Source: a virus
Lineage: Duplodnaviria; Heunggongvirae; Uroviricota; Caudoviricetes
Reading direction: 5' to 3' (one strand)
DNA: 43,633 bases
IMG/VR virus record: IMGVR_UViG_2563366881_000003
Shown: piece after piece, positions 1 through 9,095 of the stretch
Layout: the number at the start of each line of letters is the position of its first letter
Position numbering within the stretch: position 1 is the first letter of the stretch
Program-made: the position numbers and the translations under genes
The notes under the pieces: model-generated
Databases searched by the model: none
Told to the model about the DNA's origin: nothing
What the model saw: only the letters and a program-made list of their open reading frames with translations

Positions 1-1284
1 CTACTTCTTCGCCTCTGCAACCACTTTGCTACCCACGCCGCGGTTATTGTATTCCCACATGCGGTTGTAGTTAGTGTCATTCAGATTGCGCTGTACTTCG
101 TCGTTATCATCAACGCTGCCGGTGTTACCCGCAAACGGACGATTAGAGATCACCGCATCAGCCCACGGTTTGGCTGTGTTAAAACCTTCGTTGATGGCGC
201 TATCACGGATCACTACCTGACCGTTGGTATTGGCATCAACATCCAGCGAGCGGCCCAGTTGCGCCACGCCATCACCGGAAGCATTGAAACGGCTGTTTAC
301 GGCGAGGAAACCGTAGTAAATGTTGGACAGCGTAGCCGGTGCAAACACATACGCTTCTTGCTGGGTACGGGAGTTCACCACGCGGAATTCGGTGTTATCG
401 AACACCACTGCGCCGCGACCAGAAACGATATCCACATCCCCTTCAATATAGCTGTTGGTCACCAGCGTACGCGGCTGGCGATTCGTTTCCAGACGGTTCT
501 GCACACCGCTGTTGGTGACAAAGAAGGTGTTCTGACGACCGAGAATGTTGACGTTATTGATCTGCACTTTGTCGCCATCAGTACGCAGTGCCACCGCCGG
601 ATGGTTACCCGCATCTACGCTATCGCCCAGCGTGTTTTCGATGGTCAGGTTTTGCAGTTGCAGGCCATTGTTTTGTGACCAGAAGACCGCAGAGCAGAGA
701 ACACCGATACTGTCGCTGCGTTTACTCTGGCAGCTATCGTACATATACCACGCCGGTTTACCTGGCATATATTTGCCGCGCGGGTTGACGTCGTGACGCC
801 AGTCGGCAGGGCTCATGCCACCATCAAGGGAAAGCCCAATCTTCACATCAATCGGTTTTTCACCTGTACCGTACAGAGTAATTCCACCCGGAGCGGCAGG
901 GACATACACCGTTCCCTGATACTCACCAGGCATCACGGCAATATACTGGCGCTTGTTGGTACGCTTGATAATTGCCGCATCTACCGCCGCCTGAATCGTG
1001 GTATGCGTTACACCTTGAGTACCCGCCGGGCCGACAACAAAGTCAGGTTGCGCAGGCAGGGTAATCGGGGAAGGATTCCACGCTGCCGCACCTGGTGTCA
1101 GGGATGCAAAATAGTGTTGAGCATCGAAATTCTGCGCTTCTTTTGCCGACAGAATCGGGCGCGAAGAGGTACCAGGCGCGGTTTGATCAGAAGGACGTTG
1201 ATCGGGCGGTGTTGAGCTACAGGCGGTCAGCGTCACGCCAAAAGCCAATGCCAGCGCCAGACGGGAAACTGAAAATGTGTTCAC
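1..1284 (-). CDS. ybhC: YbhC, putative acyl-CoA thioesterase / pectinesterase-like outer-membrane lipoprotein (host gene left of lambda attB)
   Basis: Full 427-aa ORF with stop at window start; N-terminal signal/lipobox (LTACSS); recalled as the E. coli gene bordering lambda attB. Confidence 0.85.
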   Translation of the reverse strand: MNTFSVSRLALALAFGVTLTACSSTPPDQRPSDQTAPGTSSRPILSAKEAQNFDAQHYFASLTPGAAAWNPSPITLPAQPDFVVGPAGTQGVTHTTIQAAVDAAIIKRTNKRQYIAVMPGEYQGTVYVPAAPGGITLYGTGEKPIDVKIGLSLDGGMSPADWRHDVNPRGKYMPGKPAWYMYDSCQSKRSDSIGVLCSAVFWSQNNGLQLQNLTIENTLGDSVDAGNHPAVALRTDGDKVQINNVNILGRQNTFFVTNSGVQNRLETNRQPRTLVTNSYIEGDVDIVSGRGAVVFDNTEFRVVNSRTQQEAYVFAPATLSNIYYGFLAVNSRFNASGDGVAQLGRSLDVDANTNGQVVIRDSAINEGFNTAKPWADAVISNRPFAGNTGSVDDNDEVQRNLNDTNYNRMWEYNNRGVGSKVVAEAKK

Positions 1285-1330
1285 AGGTTGCTCCGGGCTA
1301 TGAAATAGAAAAATGAATCCGTTGAAGCCT

Positions 1331-1418
1331 GCTTTTTTATACTAAGTTGGCATTATAAAAAAGCATTGCTTATCAATTTGTTGCAACGAACAGGTCACTA
1401 TCAGTCAAAATAAAATCA
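1331..1418. other. attL: attL (core 1331-1345 plus lambda P-prime arm)
   Basis: Matches recalled lambda attP core and P-prime arm (GTTGGCATTATAAAAAAGCATTGCTTATCAATTTGTTGCAACGAACAGGTCACTATCAGTCAAAATAAAATCATTATTTG). Confidence 0.9.
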
Positions 1419-2489
1419 TTATTTGATTTCAATTTTGTCCCACTCCCTGCCTCTGTCATCACGATACTGTGATGCCATGGTGTCCGACTTATGCCCGAGA
1501 AGATGTTGAGCAAACTTATCGCTTATCTGCTTCTCATAGAGTCTTGCAGACAAACTGCGCAACTCGTGAAAGGTAGGCGGATCCCCTTCGAAGGAAAGAC
1601 CTGATGCTTTTCGTGCGCGCATAAAATACCTTGATACTGTGCCGGATGAAAGCGGTTCGCGACGAGTAGATGCAATTATGGTTTCTCCGCCAAGAATCTC
1701 TTTGCATTTATCAAGTGTTTCCTTCATTGATATTCCGAGAGCATCAACATGCAATGCTGTTGGGATGGCAATTTTTACGCCTGTTTTGCTTTGCTCGACA
1801 TAAAGATATCCATCTACGATATCAGACCACTTCATTTCGCATAAATCACCAACTCGCTGCCCGGTAACAACAGCCAGTTCCATTGCAAGTCTAAGCCAAC
1901 ATGGTGATGATTCTGCTGCTTGATAAATTTTCAGGTATTCGTCAGCCGTAAGTCTTGATCTCCTTACCTCTGATTTTGCTGCGCGAGTGGCAGCGACAGG
2001 GTTTGTTGTTATATGGCCTTCAGCTATTGCCTCTCGGAATGCATCGCTCAGTGTTGATCTGATTAACTTGGCTGACGCCGCCTTGCCCTTGTCTATGTAT
2101 CCATTGAGCATTGCCGCAATTTCTTTGGTGGTGATGTCTTCAAGTGGAGCATCAGGCAGACCCCTCCTTATTGCTTTAATTTTGCTCATGTAATTTATGA
2201 GTGTCTTCTGCTTGATTCCTCTGCTGGCGAGGATTTTTTCGTAGCGATCAAGCCATGAATGTAACGTAACAGAATTATCACTGTTGATTCTTGCTGTCAG
2301 AGGCTTGTGTGTGTGTCCTGAGAATAACTCAATGTTGGCCTGTATAGCTTCAGTGATTGCTATCCTCCTGTCTCGGCCTAATCCAAACTCTTTACCCGTC
2401 CTTGGGTCCCTGTAGCAGTAATATCCATTGTTTCTTATATAAAGATTAGGGGGTAAATCCCGGCGCTCATGACTTCGCCTTCTTCCCAT
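1419..2489 (-). CDS. int: Integrase, tyrosine recombinase (lambda Int)
   Basis: 356-aa ORF matching recalled lambda Int (MGRRRSHERRDLPPNLYIRNNGYYCYRDPRTGKEF...); adjacent to att. Confidence 0.95.
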   Translation of the reverse strand: MGRRRSHERRDLPPNLYIRNNGYYCYRDPRTGKEFGLGRDRRIAITEAIQANIELFSGHTHKPLTARINSDNSVTLHSWLDRYEKILASRGIKQKTLINYMSKIKAIRRGLPDAPLEDITTKEIAAMLNGYIDKGKAASAKLIRSTLSDAFREAIAEGHITTNPVAATRAAKSEVRRSRLTADEYLKIYQAAESSPCWLRLAMELAVVTGQRVGDLCEMKWSDIVDGYLYVEQSKTGVKIAIPTALHVDALGISMKETLDKCKEILGGETIIASTRREPLSSGTVSRYFMRARKASGLSFEGDPPTFHELRSLSARLYEKQISDKFAQHLLGHKSDTMASQYRDDRGREWDKIEIK

Positions 2490-2685
2490 TTCTGATCCTC
2501 TTCAAAAGGCTACCTGTTACTGGTCGATTTAAGTCAACCTTTACCGCTGATTCGTGGAACAGATATTCTCTTCCGTCCTTAACCGGTGGTGGAAATATCC
2601 TGCACTCGCGTACCCATCGACGAACTGTTTCAAGGCTTCTTGGGCGTAGCTGGCGAGCGTTCCACTCCTGAAGTGTCAAGTACAT
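2467..2685 (-). CDS. xis: Excisionase (lambda Xis)
   Basis: Internal Met MYLTLQEWNARQ... gives 72 aa matching recalled lambda Xis; overlaps int start as in lambda. Confidence 0.9.
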   Translation of the reverse strand: MYLTLQEWNARQLRPRSLETVRRWVRECRIFPPPVKDGREYLFHESAVKVDLNRPVTGSLLKRIRNGKKAKS

Positions 2686-2712
2686 CGCAAAGTCTCCGCA
2701 ATTACACGCAAT

Positions 2713-2733
2713 AAAAAACCGCATTGATGCGGC
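2713..2733 (-). terminator. Rho-independent terminator upstream of xis (minus strand)
   Basis: Hairpin CCGCA-tcaa-TGCGG followed by T6 on the minus strand. Confidence 0.5.
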
Positions 2734-2791
2734 GATGGTAGGTCTGGATATCTTGAGAAATGAACAGGCCTCATCGAGTGTGAGGCTGTGG

Positions 2792-3136
2792 TTAGTCCTT
2801 GCGTAACTCGCTAATTCTTCTGTAAGTCTCTGGTGCTTTGTTTCCGTGTATCTTCATTTCAGACTTCAACAGAGCAACGAGGGAATCCCATTCGTTGAGG
2901 ATGCCTTTGAATGCCGGAACGCGCTTTGCAACCTTGTCGAATGAATCTCTGATTTCTGGGATCTGCTCAACAAGTGCAACGCATCGCCGGAAGTCTGCTG
3001 CGTCATGTGGAGCGCCGAAGTGATGACCATAGATATTCTTTTTCAGTCCACATGCGATTGAGGCAAGAGTTGCGCTACTGATGCCGACATCGCCAGTCGA
3101 TTGCCATTTCAAAACCTTCATAGCCAAATCTGACAT
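2792..3136 (-). CDS. Hypothetical early-left (ea/b-region) protein, 114 aa
   Basis: ORF in the leftward operon distal to the recombination genes; no family recognised. Confidence 0.5.
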   Translation of the reverse strand: MSDLAMKVLKWQSTGDVGISSATLASIACGLKKNIYGHHFGAPHDAADFRRCVALVEQIPEIRDSFDKVAKRVPAFKGILNEWDSLVALLKSEMKIHGNKAPETYRRISELRKD

Positions 3137-3208
3137 TTCTTGTCTCCATAAAACAAAACCCGCCGTAGCGAGTTCAGATAAAAGAAATCCCCGCGAGTGC
3201 GAGGATTG

Positions 3209-3493
3209 TTATTCATTGCCGATATTCACCTTTATCGCGTACACCTTTACCGGTTTATCGCCGAAGTGAGGATGTGTGATTGTCTTGATTTCATATCCGT
3301 CATACGGGACGTCAATTCTGCGGCTGGAATCGTCGCGCTTCGGATATCCCTTTGTGATAATCAGGCGGTCATACTCCCGGAACATAATTCGCTTATTCCA
3401 GTAGTCATTACACAGGCGATACTCTTCCGTTTTCTCTCCGCGAATCATGGCATCGAAGTATTCACCTTTGACAGCAAGCTGTAGGTTAGCCAC
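3209..3493 (-). CDS. Hypothetical protein, ASCH/DUF3850-like fold suspected; start uncertain (GTG 3493 or ATG 3430)
   Basis: Motif EYFDAMIRGEKTEEYR...REYDRLIITKGY resembles small ASCH-like phage proteins; a GTG lies 7 nt after the upstream stop. Confidence 0.4.
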   Translation of the reverse strand: MANLQLAVKGEYFDAMIRGEKTEEYRLCNDYWNKRIMFREYDRLIITKGYPKRDDSSRRIDVPYDGYEIKTITHPHFGDKPVKVYAIKVNIGNE

Positions 3494-3500
3494 GGTTAAC

Positions 3501-4070
3501 CTACAGTTGTGGTGCTGCCTCAAGAGCAGCCCTGTAACCAGCAGCATGACCGCGAAAGTTAGCAATCTCTGATAGCCACGCTTTAATCATGGCCTGAGTT
3601 GGTTCCTTCGGCACCATAACCCAACCATCCGGAGTTACCGGATAGTTGCCAGCCAGCTCGTTCAACTTGTAAGTCTGGCTTACAGGTTCGGCACCATGAA
3701 GCATGGCGGCACGGCAGGCATTCCAACCATCAACATAATCAAACGTATTGCCATCGTCTGGCTCGATTTCATCCGGCACTACCGGCGCTGGTTGGGCGGT
3801 GACGTTGGAAAAGGCAGCACGCAACCCTGTCTTAATTTCCTCTACCTCATCAGCGCCTGGCGATGAATCTGACAGTGCGTGATGGAATGCGTAAGCCATG
3901 TCGTCGTTGATTTCTACAGGCACACTATCAGCTTTGCGACGCTCCTGTAGCTCGCGCAGAGCCGCTGCAACATAATGACTATTGTGCTGGTCAGCCCACA
4001 GAATGAGCCGAATCAACGTTGCATTTGAAACGTATTCGTCTGTTAGTTTGCTATTGGTAAAAATGGTCAT
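3501..4070 (-). CDS. Hypothetical phage protein, 189 aa
   Basis: ORF coupled to neighbours in the leftward operon; no family recognised. Confidence 0.5.
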   Translation of the reverse strand: MTIFTNSKLTDEYVSNATLIRLILWADQHNSHYVAAALRELQERRKADSVPVEINDDMAYAFHHALSDSSPGADEVEEIKTGLRAAFSNVTAQPAPVVPDEIEPDDGNTFDYVDGWNACRAAMLHGAEPVSQTYKLNELAGNYPVTPDGWVMVPKEPTQAMIKAWLSEIANFRGHAAGYRAALEAAPQL

Positions 4071-4582
4071 GCCGCGTTTCCTTCTTTCTTATTAACAATT
4101 ACACCGTCATATATTTCATTAAGGTGCCCTCTCAACTCCATGCGCCTTAATGCAGATAACATGTAATCGCATTCAACCTGCTTATTTCCAGTAAATGGCT
4201 TATCGTCAGGATTACCCCAACAGCAATTACCCTTGGGCCACCCATGTACTTTCCGTACTCTTCCGTTAACAACGTGAAGTAATCCCCAGCCAGGTGGTAA
4301 ATCCTCAATTGAAATAATTCCCGGCTCACTAATAAAGAATCGCCAGTCGCCCATTCCAAGAGACGGATTTTTACGAAAACGCTTTTTTCTATCTGCCAAC
4401 AAGTCAGCACGAGAACATTTCGCCTCTATCAGGCATGATGCTGAATTTCTGAATCCCATAGCATCTGGCTGTTCTCCGGTACTGGTTACAGCTATAAAGC
4501 GGTCATGAAAACAAACCTTGAACCCGTTGCGCTTAAGGAACTTGTACGCAATCTGACAGAGTTCGCGGTGTGTTAGCGCCAT
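4067..4582 (-). CDS. Putative PD-(D/E)XK-fold nuclease-like protein, 171 aa
   Basis: Candidate catalytic motif D (PDAMGF) ... E-x-K (LIEAKCSR) plus a Cys cluster; inferred by eye. Confidence 0.4.
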   Translation of the reverse strand: MALTHRELCQIAYKFLKRNGFKVCFHDRFIAVTSTGEQPDAMGFRNSASCLIEAKCSRADLLADRKKRFRKNPSLGMGDWRFFISEPGIISIEDLPPGWGLLHVVNGRVRKVHGWPKGNCCWGNPDDKPFTGNKQVECDYMLSALRRMELRGHLNEIYDGVIVNKKEGNAA

Positions 4583-4583
4583 A

Positions 4584-5282
4584 TCACTCTCCTTTGATGC
4601 CAGTGTTTAGAACCTGACAAGCCTCTTTGAGCACCCAGTCAACAGCGTCTTTCCATGCTCCGGTTTCGACTGGCGGATTCTCACGCTTTACCTGTTCATA
4701 GAAACGCACCGCTTTAATCAGTCCTTCAGGTACTACTGGCGATGGCTGTTTAGCTTCTAAATCAGCAATTCTGTCAACTACGGCATCTACTGCATCTGAA
4801 AAACCGAACCAGTTACTCCACTCAGGCCTATCCCCGGTTGCTGCAAAATACATATCAGCTAAAGCAGACTCAGCATGGTCACGCTCGTTAATGAGTTGCT
4901 CTTCGCTTTTCTCCAGTTCAGCAATACGCTTACTTCCATCCGAGATAACACCTTCGTAATACTCGCGCTGCTCGTTGAGTTTTGATTTTGCCAACTCCAG
5001 TTGTTTTGTTAGTTCCGCAATACGGCAAACATCGTTGATACGCGTTTCCTCTAATGCGTTGATCTCATCCAGTAGTGCCAGCACGGTTTCTGGTCCGGCC
5101 AGAAATTTGAAGGCGTTGAGGGCATCAATATCAACACCGCTATCTTTAAGTTCCTGTTCGCTTATCAGATCATCATCAACTGGCAACATTAACAGGCGTT
5201 CCATTGCCGGAATTGCACGCTCTGCCGCCTCACGCAGTGCCTGATAGTCAATCTTGCTCATTGGTTGCCTCCTTTGCGCCAC
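4584..5282 (-). CDS. Ead/Ea22-like protein
   Basis: 232 aa with central coiled-coil region; resembles the Ea22-like family common at this position in lambdoid phages. Confidence 0.55.
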   Translation of the reverse strand: MAQRRQPMSKIDYQALREAAERAIPAMERLLMLPVDDDLISEQELKDSGVDIDALNAFKFLAGPETVLALLDEINALEETRINDVCRIAELTKQLELAKSKLNEQREYYEGVISDGSKRIAELEKSEEQLINERDHAESALADMYFAATGDRPEWSNWFGFSDAVDAVVDRIADLEAKQPSPVVPEGLIKAVRFYEQVKRENPPVETGAWKDAVDWVLKEACQVLNTGIKGE

Positions 5283-5458
5283 GTCGCATTCAGATATCTG
5301 TTGTCGTTAACAGAACCGAAACTCTTTCTCTTAAGCAATTCCTCTCTCGATGGCATTGGCTTTACGCGTTGGCGAATAATCATTTCTGCCGGAAGAATGC
5401 CGGGATTGTATGCAAGTCCTCTCATGGTAAATTCCTCAGTCATTACTGATAGCGCCAT
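5258..5458 (-). CDS. Small hypothetical protein (66 aa; start uncertain)
   Basis: ORF in operon context only. Confidence 0.3.
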   Translation of the reverse strand: MALSVMTEEFTMRGLAYNPGILPAEMIIRQRVKPMPSREELLKRKSFGSVNDNRYLNATWRKGGNQ

Positions 5459-5732
5459 AGCGTGAGCGGTAATTACGCAGGCGCGGGTCGATATATTCAG
5501 GGAAGTTGGTATATGTGGCTTTGCGGAATGGTCTCATTGCTGTTTCGTTTGTTCGGTCCTTCTCCTGTTTTAGCGCGAGTTGTATATCGCGTCTAAAATT
5601 GCGCTCCGCTTTTGTTTCTGGTGTCAGAGCAAGAAACGCGTCGAAATTGTTTTTGATATTTTCCAGCACCTCCGCCTTGGAGCTACCGGAGCAGTTGCGC
5701 GGGTCATCCGCACCATACAGAGGCGCTGGCAT
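5436..5732 (-). CDS. Hypothetical phage protein, 98 aa
   Basis: ORF in operon context only. Confidence 0.4.
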   Translation of the reverse strand: MPAPLYGADDPRNCSGSSKAEVLENIKNNFDAFLALTPETKAERNFRRDIQLALKQEKDRTNETAMRPFRKATYTNFPEYIDPRLRNYRSRYGAISND

Positions 5733-5755
5733 AATGGGAGCCTTATTTTCAGTAA

Positions 5756-6343
5756 TCAGAAAGGAGGGTAATCGTTCTGGCTGTAACCATAATCATCTGC
5801 ATGATTCTGGCTTACGTTTTTAGAGCGATTGTCTTTATCTTTGAGGCTGGCAACCATGTTGGCGATAGTTTCTGGTTGCTTGCCTTCTGCCTTTTCTTTA
5901 AGGGTTTGACCTGTTTGTGCAATAAACGGGATGCGTATTTCCATCTGGTAGCTGTCTGCGCCAGTCTTTTTGTTTGTGGTTAATACTTTCTGGAGCACTA
6001 ACCCGATTTTCTTTCCATGAAATTCAGGTGCAACAAATTTACTGGCGGAAACCATATGTTGTGTTAATTGTCCAATCCCGGCACACCCCATCATGGCGTG
6101 AACGACATTTGCGCCAAATTTGTTTTCCGTGCCGTCATTTTTCTGAACACAAACGCTAAGATACTGGATTTTACGTCCGTCGTCGGATTCTCCAGAAAAC
6201 TCAATAAATTTGGCTCCTTTTTCTGATTGCTTTAGTTCTGCTTCAGTAATGGTAATGATATGAGCGCCAGTTTCGTTAATAAAACCACCTTGCCCTGCGG
6301 TCAGTGCTGCTTCTTCGTTATAAGTAAAAATCACGTTGCTCAT
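5756..6343 (-). CDS. DUF669-type phage ssDNA-binding protein (Sak4-associated)
   Basis: 195 aa, immediately downstream of and overlapping the Sak4-like ATPase gene; a typical pairing. Confidence 0.6.
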   Translation of the reverse strand: MSNVIFTYNEEAALTAGQGGFINETGAHIITITEAELKQSEKGAKFIEFSGESDDGRKIQYLSVCVQKNDGTENKFGANVVHAMMGCAGIGQLTQHMVSASKFVAPEFHGKKIGLVLQKVLTTNKKTGADSYQMEIRIPFIAQTGQTLKEKAEGKQPETIANMVASLKDKDNRSKNVSQNHADDYGYSQNDYPPF

Positions 6344-7020
6344 GCGGCGTTTTCCTTAATTTGATGAACATTATTGATGCCGTAGTAATCACAAACAGTG
6401 GCATCGACGAAAGAGAGATCGTTATCAATCTCATTGGAATCAAACATTCCCATTGGGGATTTAACTGTGTCTGCACCGTTGTTTTTTGTGGTGAAAAAGA
6501 ACTGGTCATCACGGGTAAGGGTGCGAAGAACTATAGTAAACATGCCTTCGACAGTGATTTTCTCGTCCAGCATTTTGCCGATAGTTTTCATTTTCACGCG
6601 CCCAATAGGGGTTTCTTCGGTGTGCGCAAGAAAATAGACTCTCAGGTCATCAGGTGCATCCTGTGCAGCCTTAATCACCTCCCATGCGTGGCGTCCTATC
6701 TCAGTAAATTTATCAAATGATTTCTCTTCTGAGCGGCGCATAAACTCATTGCTCATCACATACTGGAAGTCATCAACAATAACGATTCTTTTCCCGTATT
6801 CGTGAGCACGCTTAATTACGGCAACTATTACGTCCCATTTGTCAGTGGTAACTACGGTTCCTTTTTTTGCTCTGGCATCCCATGCAAGCCAGTCTTTTGA
6901 TTTAAATGGTAGCGGCTTGCCTATTGGTTTTATAAGTATTGCTTCCTCTGGATTGATATTTCTCATGCTGGTTGATTTTCCGGTGCCAGACTCACCGAGT
7001 ATTAATGTCGCAGTTCCCAT
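6340..7020 (-). CDS. Sak4-like RecA-fold ATPase (phage recombination)
   Basis: Walker A GESGTGKS at the N-terminus, Walker B-like IVIVDD; 226 aa. Confidence 0.7.
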   Translation of the reverse strand: MGTATLILGESGTGKSTSMRNINPEEAILIKPIGKPLPFKSKDWLAWDARAKKGTVVTTDKWDVIVAVIKRAHEYGKRIVIVDDFQYVMSNEFMRRSEEKSFDKFTEIGRHAWEVIKAAQDAPDDLRVYFLAHTEETPIGRVKMKTIGKMLDEKITVEGMFTIVLRTLTRDDQFFFTTKNNGADTVKSPMGMFDSNEIDNDLSFVDATVCDYYGINNVHQIKENAA

Positions 7021-7028
7021 AATTCACC

Positions 7029-7229
7029 TCAGAATGGTAATTCGGATGGGGAGGAAAGAAACTCTCGCTCATTCATGCGCTCTCTTTGCGCCTGCCATAA
7101 ACAAAGTTGTTTCTTTGATTTATCTCCCGCTTTACGCCAGTAACGAGCCTCAGCAATGTGATATTCTCTTTTTAATCGACTTAACTCTGGAGTTTTCGCT
7201 AGTTCTACCGGAATCATTTTGACCTCCAT
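7029..7229 (-). CDS. Small hypothetical protein, 66 aa
   Basis: ORF only. Confidence 0.35.
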   Translation of the reverse strand: MEVKMIPVELAKTPELSRLKREYHIAEARYWRKAGDKSKKQLCLWQAQRERMNEREFLSSPSELPF

Positions 7230-7453
7230 TTTCGGTAGGCTTCTACGGCTTCACGAAACATCTTTTCATCGCCAATAAAAGTGGCGATAGTGAATTTAGT
7301 CTGGATAGCCATAAGTGTTTTATCCATTTTGGGGAACTCCTGGCTGATTAAGTACGTCGATGAGTCGTTTCCATCCGTCACGTAATTTACGTGTGATTCG
7401 CTCAAGTAAAGATTCGGAAGGGCAGCCAGCAACAGGCCACCCTGCAATGGCAT
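7214..7453 (-). CDS. Small hypothetical protein (79 aa, or 37 aa from internal ATG at 7327)
   Basis: ORF; internal ATG has a GGAG 9 nt upstream. Confidence 0.3.
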   Translation of the reverse strand: MPLQGGLLLAALPNLYLSESHVNYVTDGNDSSTYLISQEFPKMDKTLMAIQTKFTIATFIGDEKMFREAVEAYRKWRSK

Positions 7454-7541
7454 ATTGCATGGTGTGCTCCTTATTCATTTACACTTGAAATTGCTCCGTG
7501 TATTCACTCGTTGGAATGAATACACAGTGCTTATTCGCAGC

Positions 7542-7868
7542 CTACATAATCATTCCGGTTATTATTACCATTTCAATATCACTATCTTTCATAATGATTG
7601 GAGTTGAGTTATCAACTTTACTTTTACTCCATTTTCCTGCATCAGTTTTTACCGTTCCACAATAAGAAAGCCAATCATCATCACAATGTTCTGGATCGCT
7701 AATTCTAACAAGAACACGTGATAGTGCTTTTTCGATACTTTCATCACAATCAGCATTTATGTAATTGCCGTGAGACAATTTCAAATCGTTAACCTCATCT
7801 TCATTGGCATCAAAAATATAGATTTCAGTCGACTCTGGAACATTTTCATAAACCATTAAAATTTTCAT
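7542..7868 (-). CDS. Acidic hypothetical protein, 108 aa
   Basis: ORF with GGGG upstream of ATG; about 24 Asp/Glu against about 11 Lys/Arg. Confidence 0.5.
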   Translation of the reverse strand: MKILMVYENVPESTEIYIFDANEDEVNDLKLSHGNYINADCDESIEKALSRVLVRISDPEHCDDDWLSYCGTVKTDAGKWSKSKVDNSTPIIMKDSDIEMVIITGMIM

Positions 7869-7887
7869 TTTACCCCATATTGTTTAT

Positions 7888-7912
7888 GCCAAAAATAAAG
7901 GCCGACTATGCG
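7888..7912 (-). terminator. Rho-independent terminator after the membrane-protein gene (minus strand)
   Basis: Hairpin AGGCCG-catagt-CGGCCT followed by TTATTTTTGG on the minus strand. Confidence 0.55.
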
Positions 7913-7920
7913 GCCTGAAA

Positions 7921-8370
7921 TTACTTAACCAATGATGCTGCATATTCGATAAGGTAAAGCTTTGGAGCCAGCCAAATTTTTAACCAAGTCATATTGGTTA
8001 CTGCATCAATAATAAAAATCCCCCACAGAGTCAAAACTCCAACCAATGGCATGATAAGAAGATTAATATCACCTTTGCTATCCCAAACCATTGTCGGCCT
8101 GTATTTGGGATTTCCTTTCTCCCATGAATATCCTTCATCACCGATTTTACCTATCTCAACTCTCTGGCACTGCTTCTTCATAAACCAGAAAACCAGTGGG
8201 ATTGTTAGAATGGCTATTAATGTTTTAATCATACTGTCAACCATATTCCATAGCAGCAACTGATGAACAACATCAGGAATCTGTGCCTGGCTAAATGAAA
8301 CAGCCGCGTCTATTCCATTGCTGGCTTTTTGCAGTAGTTCTACGAGAATCTTGTTTGCTTGTTCTTCCAT
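7921..8370 (-). CDS. Membrane protein with two predicted TM helices, 149 aa
   Basis: Hydrophobic stretches LIAILTIPLVFWF and LLIMPLVGVLTLWGIFII; own terminator; divergent promoter region shared with the SieB-like gene. Confidence 0.55.
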   Translation of the reverse strand: MEEQANKILVELLQKASNGIDAAVSFSQAQIPDVVHQLLLWNMVDSMIKTLIAILTIPLVFWFMKKQCQRVEIGKIGDEGYSWEKGNPKYRPTMVWDSKGDINLLIMPLVGVLTLWGIFIIDAVTNMTWLKIWLAPKLYLIEYAASLVK

Positions 8371-8513
8371 ATATCACCTTAAATAGTGGATTGCGGTTGT
8401 AAAGATTGTGCCTGTCTTTTAACCACATCAGGCTCGGTGGTTCTCGTGTACCCCTACAGCGAGAAATCGGATAAACTCTATTCACCCCTACAGAGAGCAA
8501 AAGAGAAACGCCG

Positions 8514-9095
8514 ATGAACAACTCATGGTGGCAGGAACTAATGCATTTTTTCCTGCAAGGAATGACACTTAAACAGTTGATTCATATGCTAATCATCCTG
8601 ATCATATTGATTATTGTTATGCCGGTAAGCGTAAAAGAATGGATAAACCTGCATAATCCAGAAATCCTTCCTCATTACTGGATGTATTACATCCTGTTGT
8701 TTTGCGTTAGCTATGTGCTTAACGGCGTTGTTAATTCCGCTTATTACGCTGTGACTGAAAGAATTGAGGTATTCGCTGCTCAGAAGCGCAAATCTAAAGA
8801 AGAGAAATACGTGCAAGATTTGTTTGATTCGTTAACTCTTGGAGAAAGAGCGTATTTGGCACTCGCTGTAGTCGCTAATAACCAGCTACAAACGGAAAAG
8901 GGAAGCCCTGAAGCAATCTCATTGCTCGAAAAAGGGCTTCTTATTCGGATACCTTCTGCTACTGGATATCCTGAAATCGACCGTTTTGTTATCCCAGAAC
9001 GCTATAGAAATGAGTGCTACATTAGGTTTGCTGGGAAGAAAGACAGTCTTATGGATGAACTTATCGCTCAGGATAAGCACGGCAAAAACAAGTAA
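8514..9095 (+). CDS. SieB-like superinfection-exclusion membrane protein (candidate)
   Basis: 193 aa, two N-terminal TM helices plus soluble C-terminal domain; size, architecture and early-left location resemble SieB of lambda/P22; transcribed opposite to the leftward operon. Confidence 0.45.
   Translation: MNNSWWQELMHFFLQGMTLKQLIHMLIILIILIIVMPVSVKEWINLHNPEILPHYWMYYILLFCVSYVLNGVVNSAYYAVTERIEVFAAQKRKSKEEKYVQDLFDSLTLGERAYLALAVVANNQLQTEKGSPEAISLLEKGLLIRIPSATGYPEIDRFVIPERYRNECYIRFAGKKDSLMDELIAQDKHGKNK

Noticed and set aside
259-1316. Plus-strand ORFs (139, 140, 83, 73 aa) overlapping ybhC
   Set aside because: They are antisense to a well-supported host gene with implausible composition.
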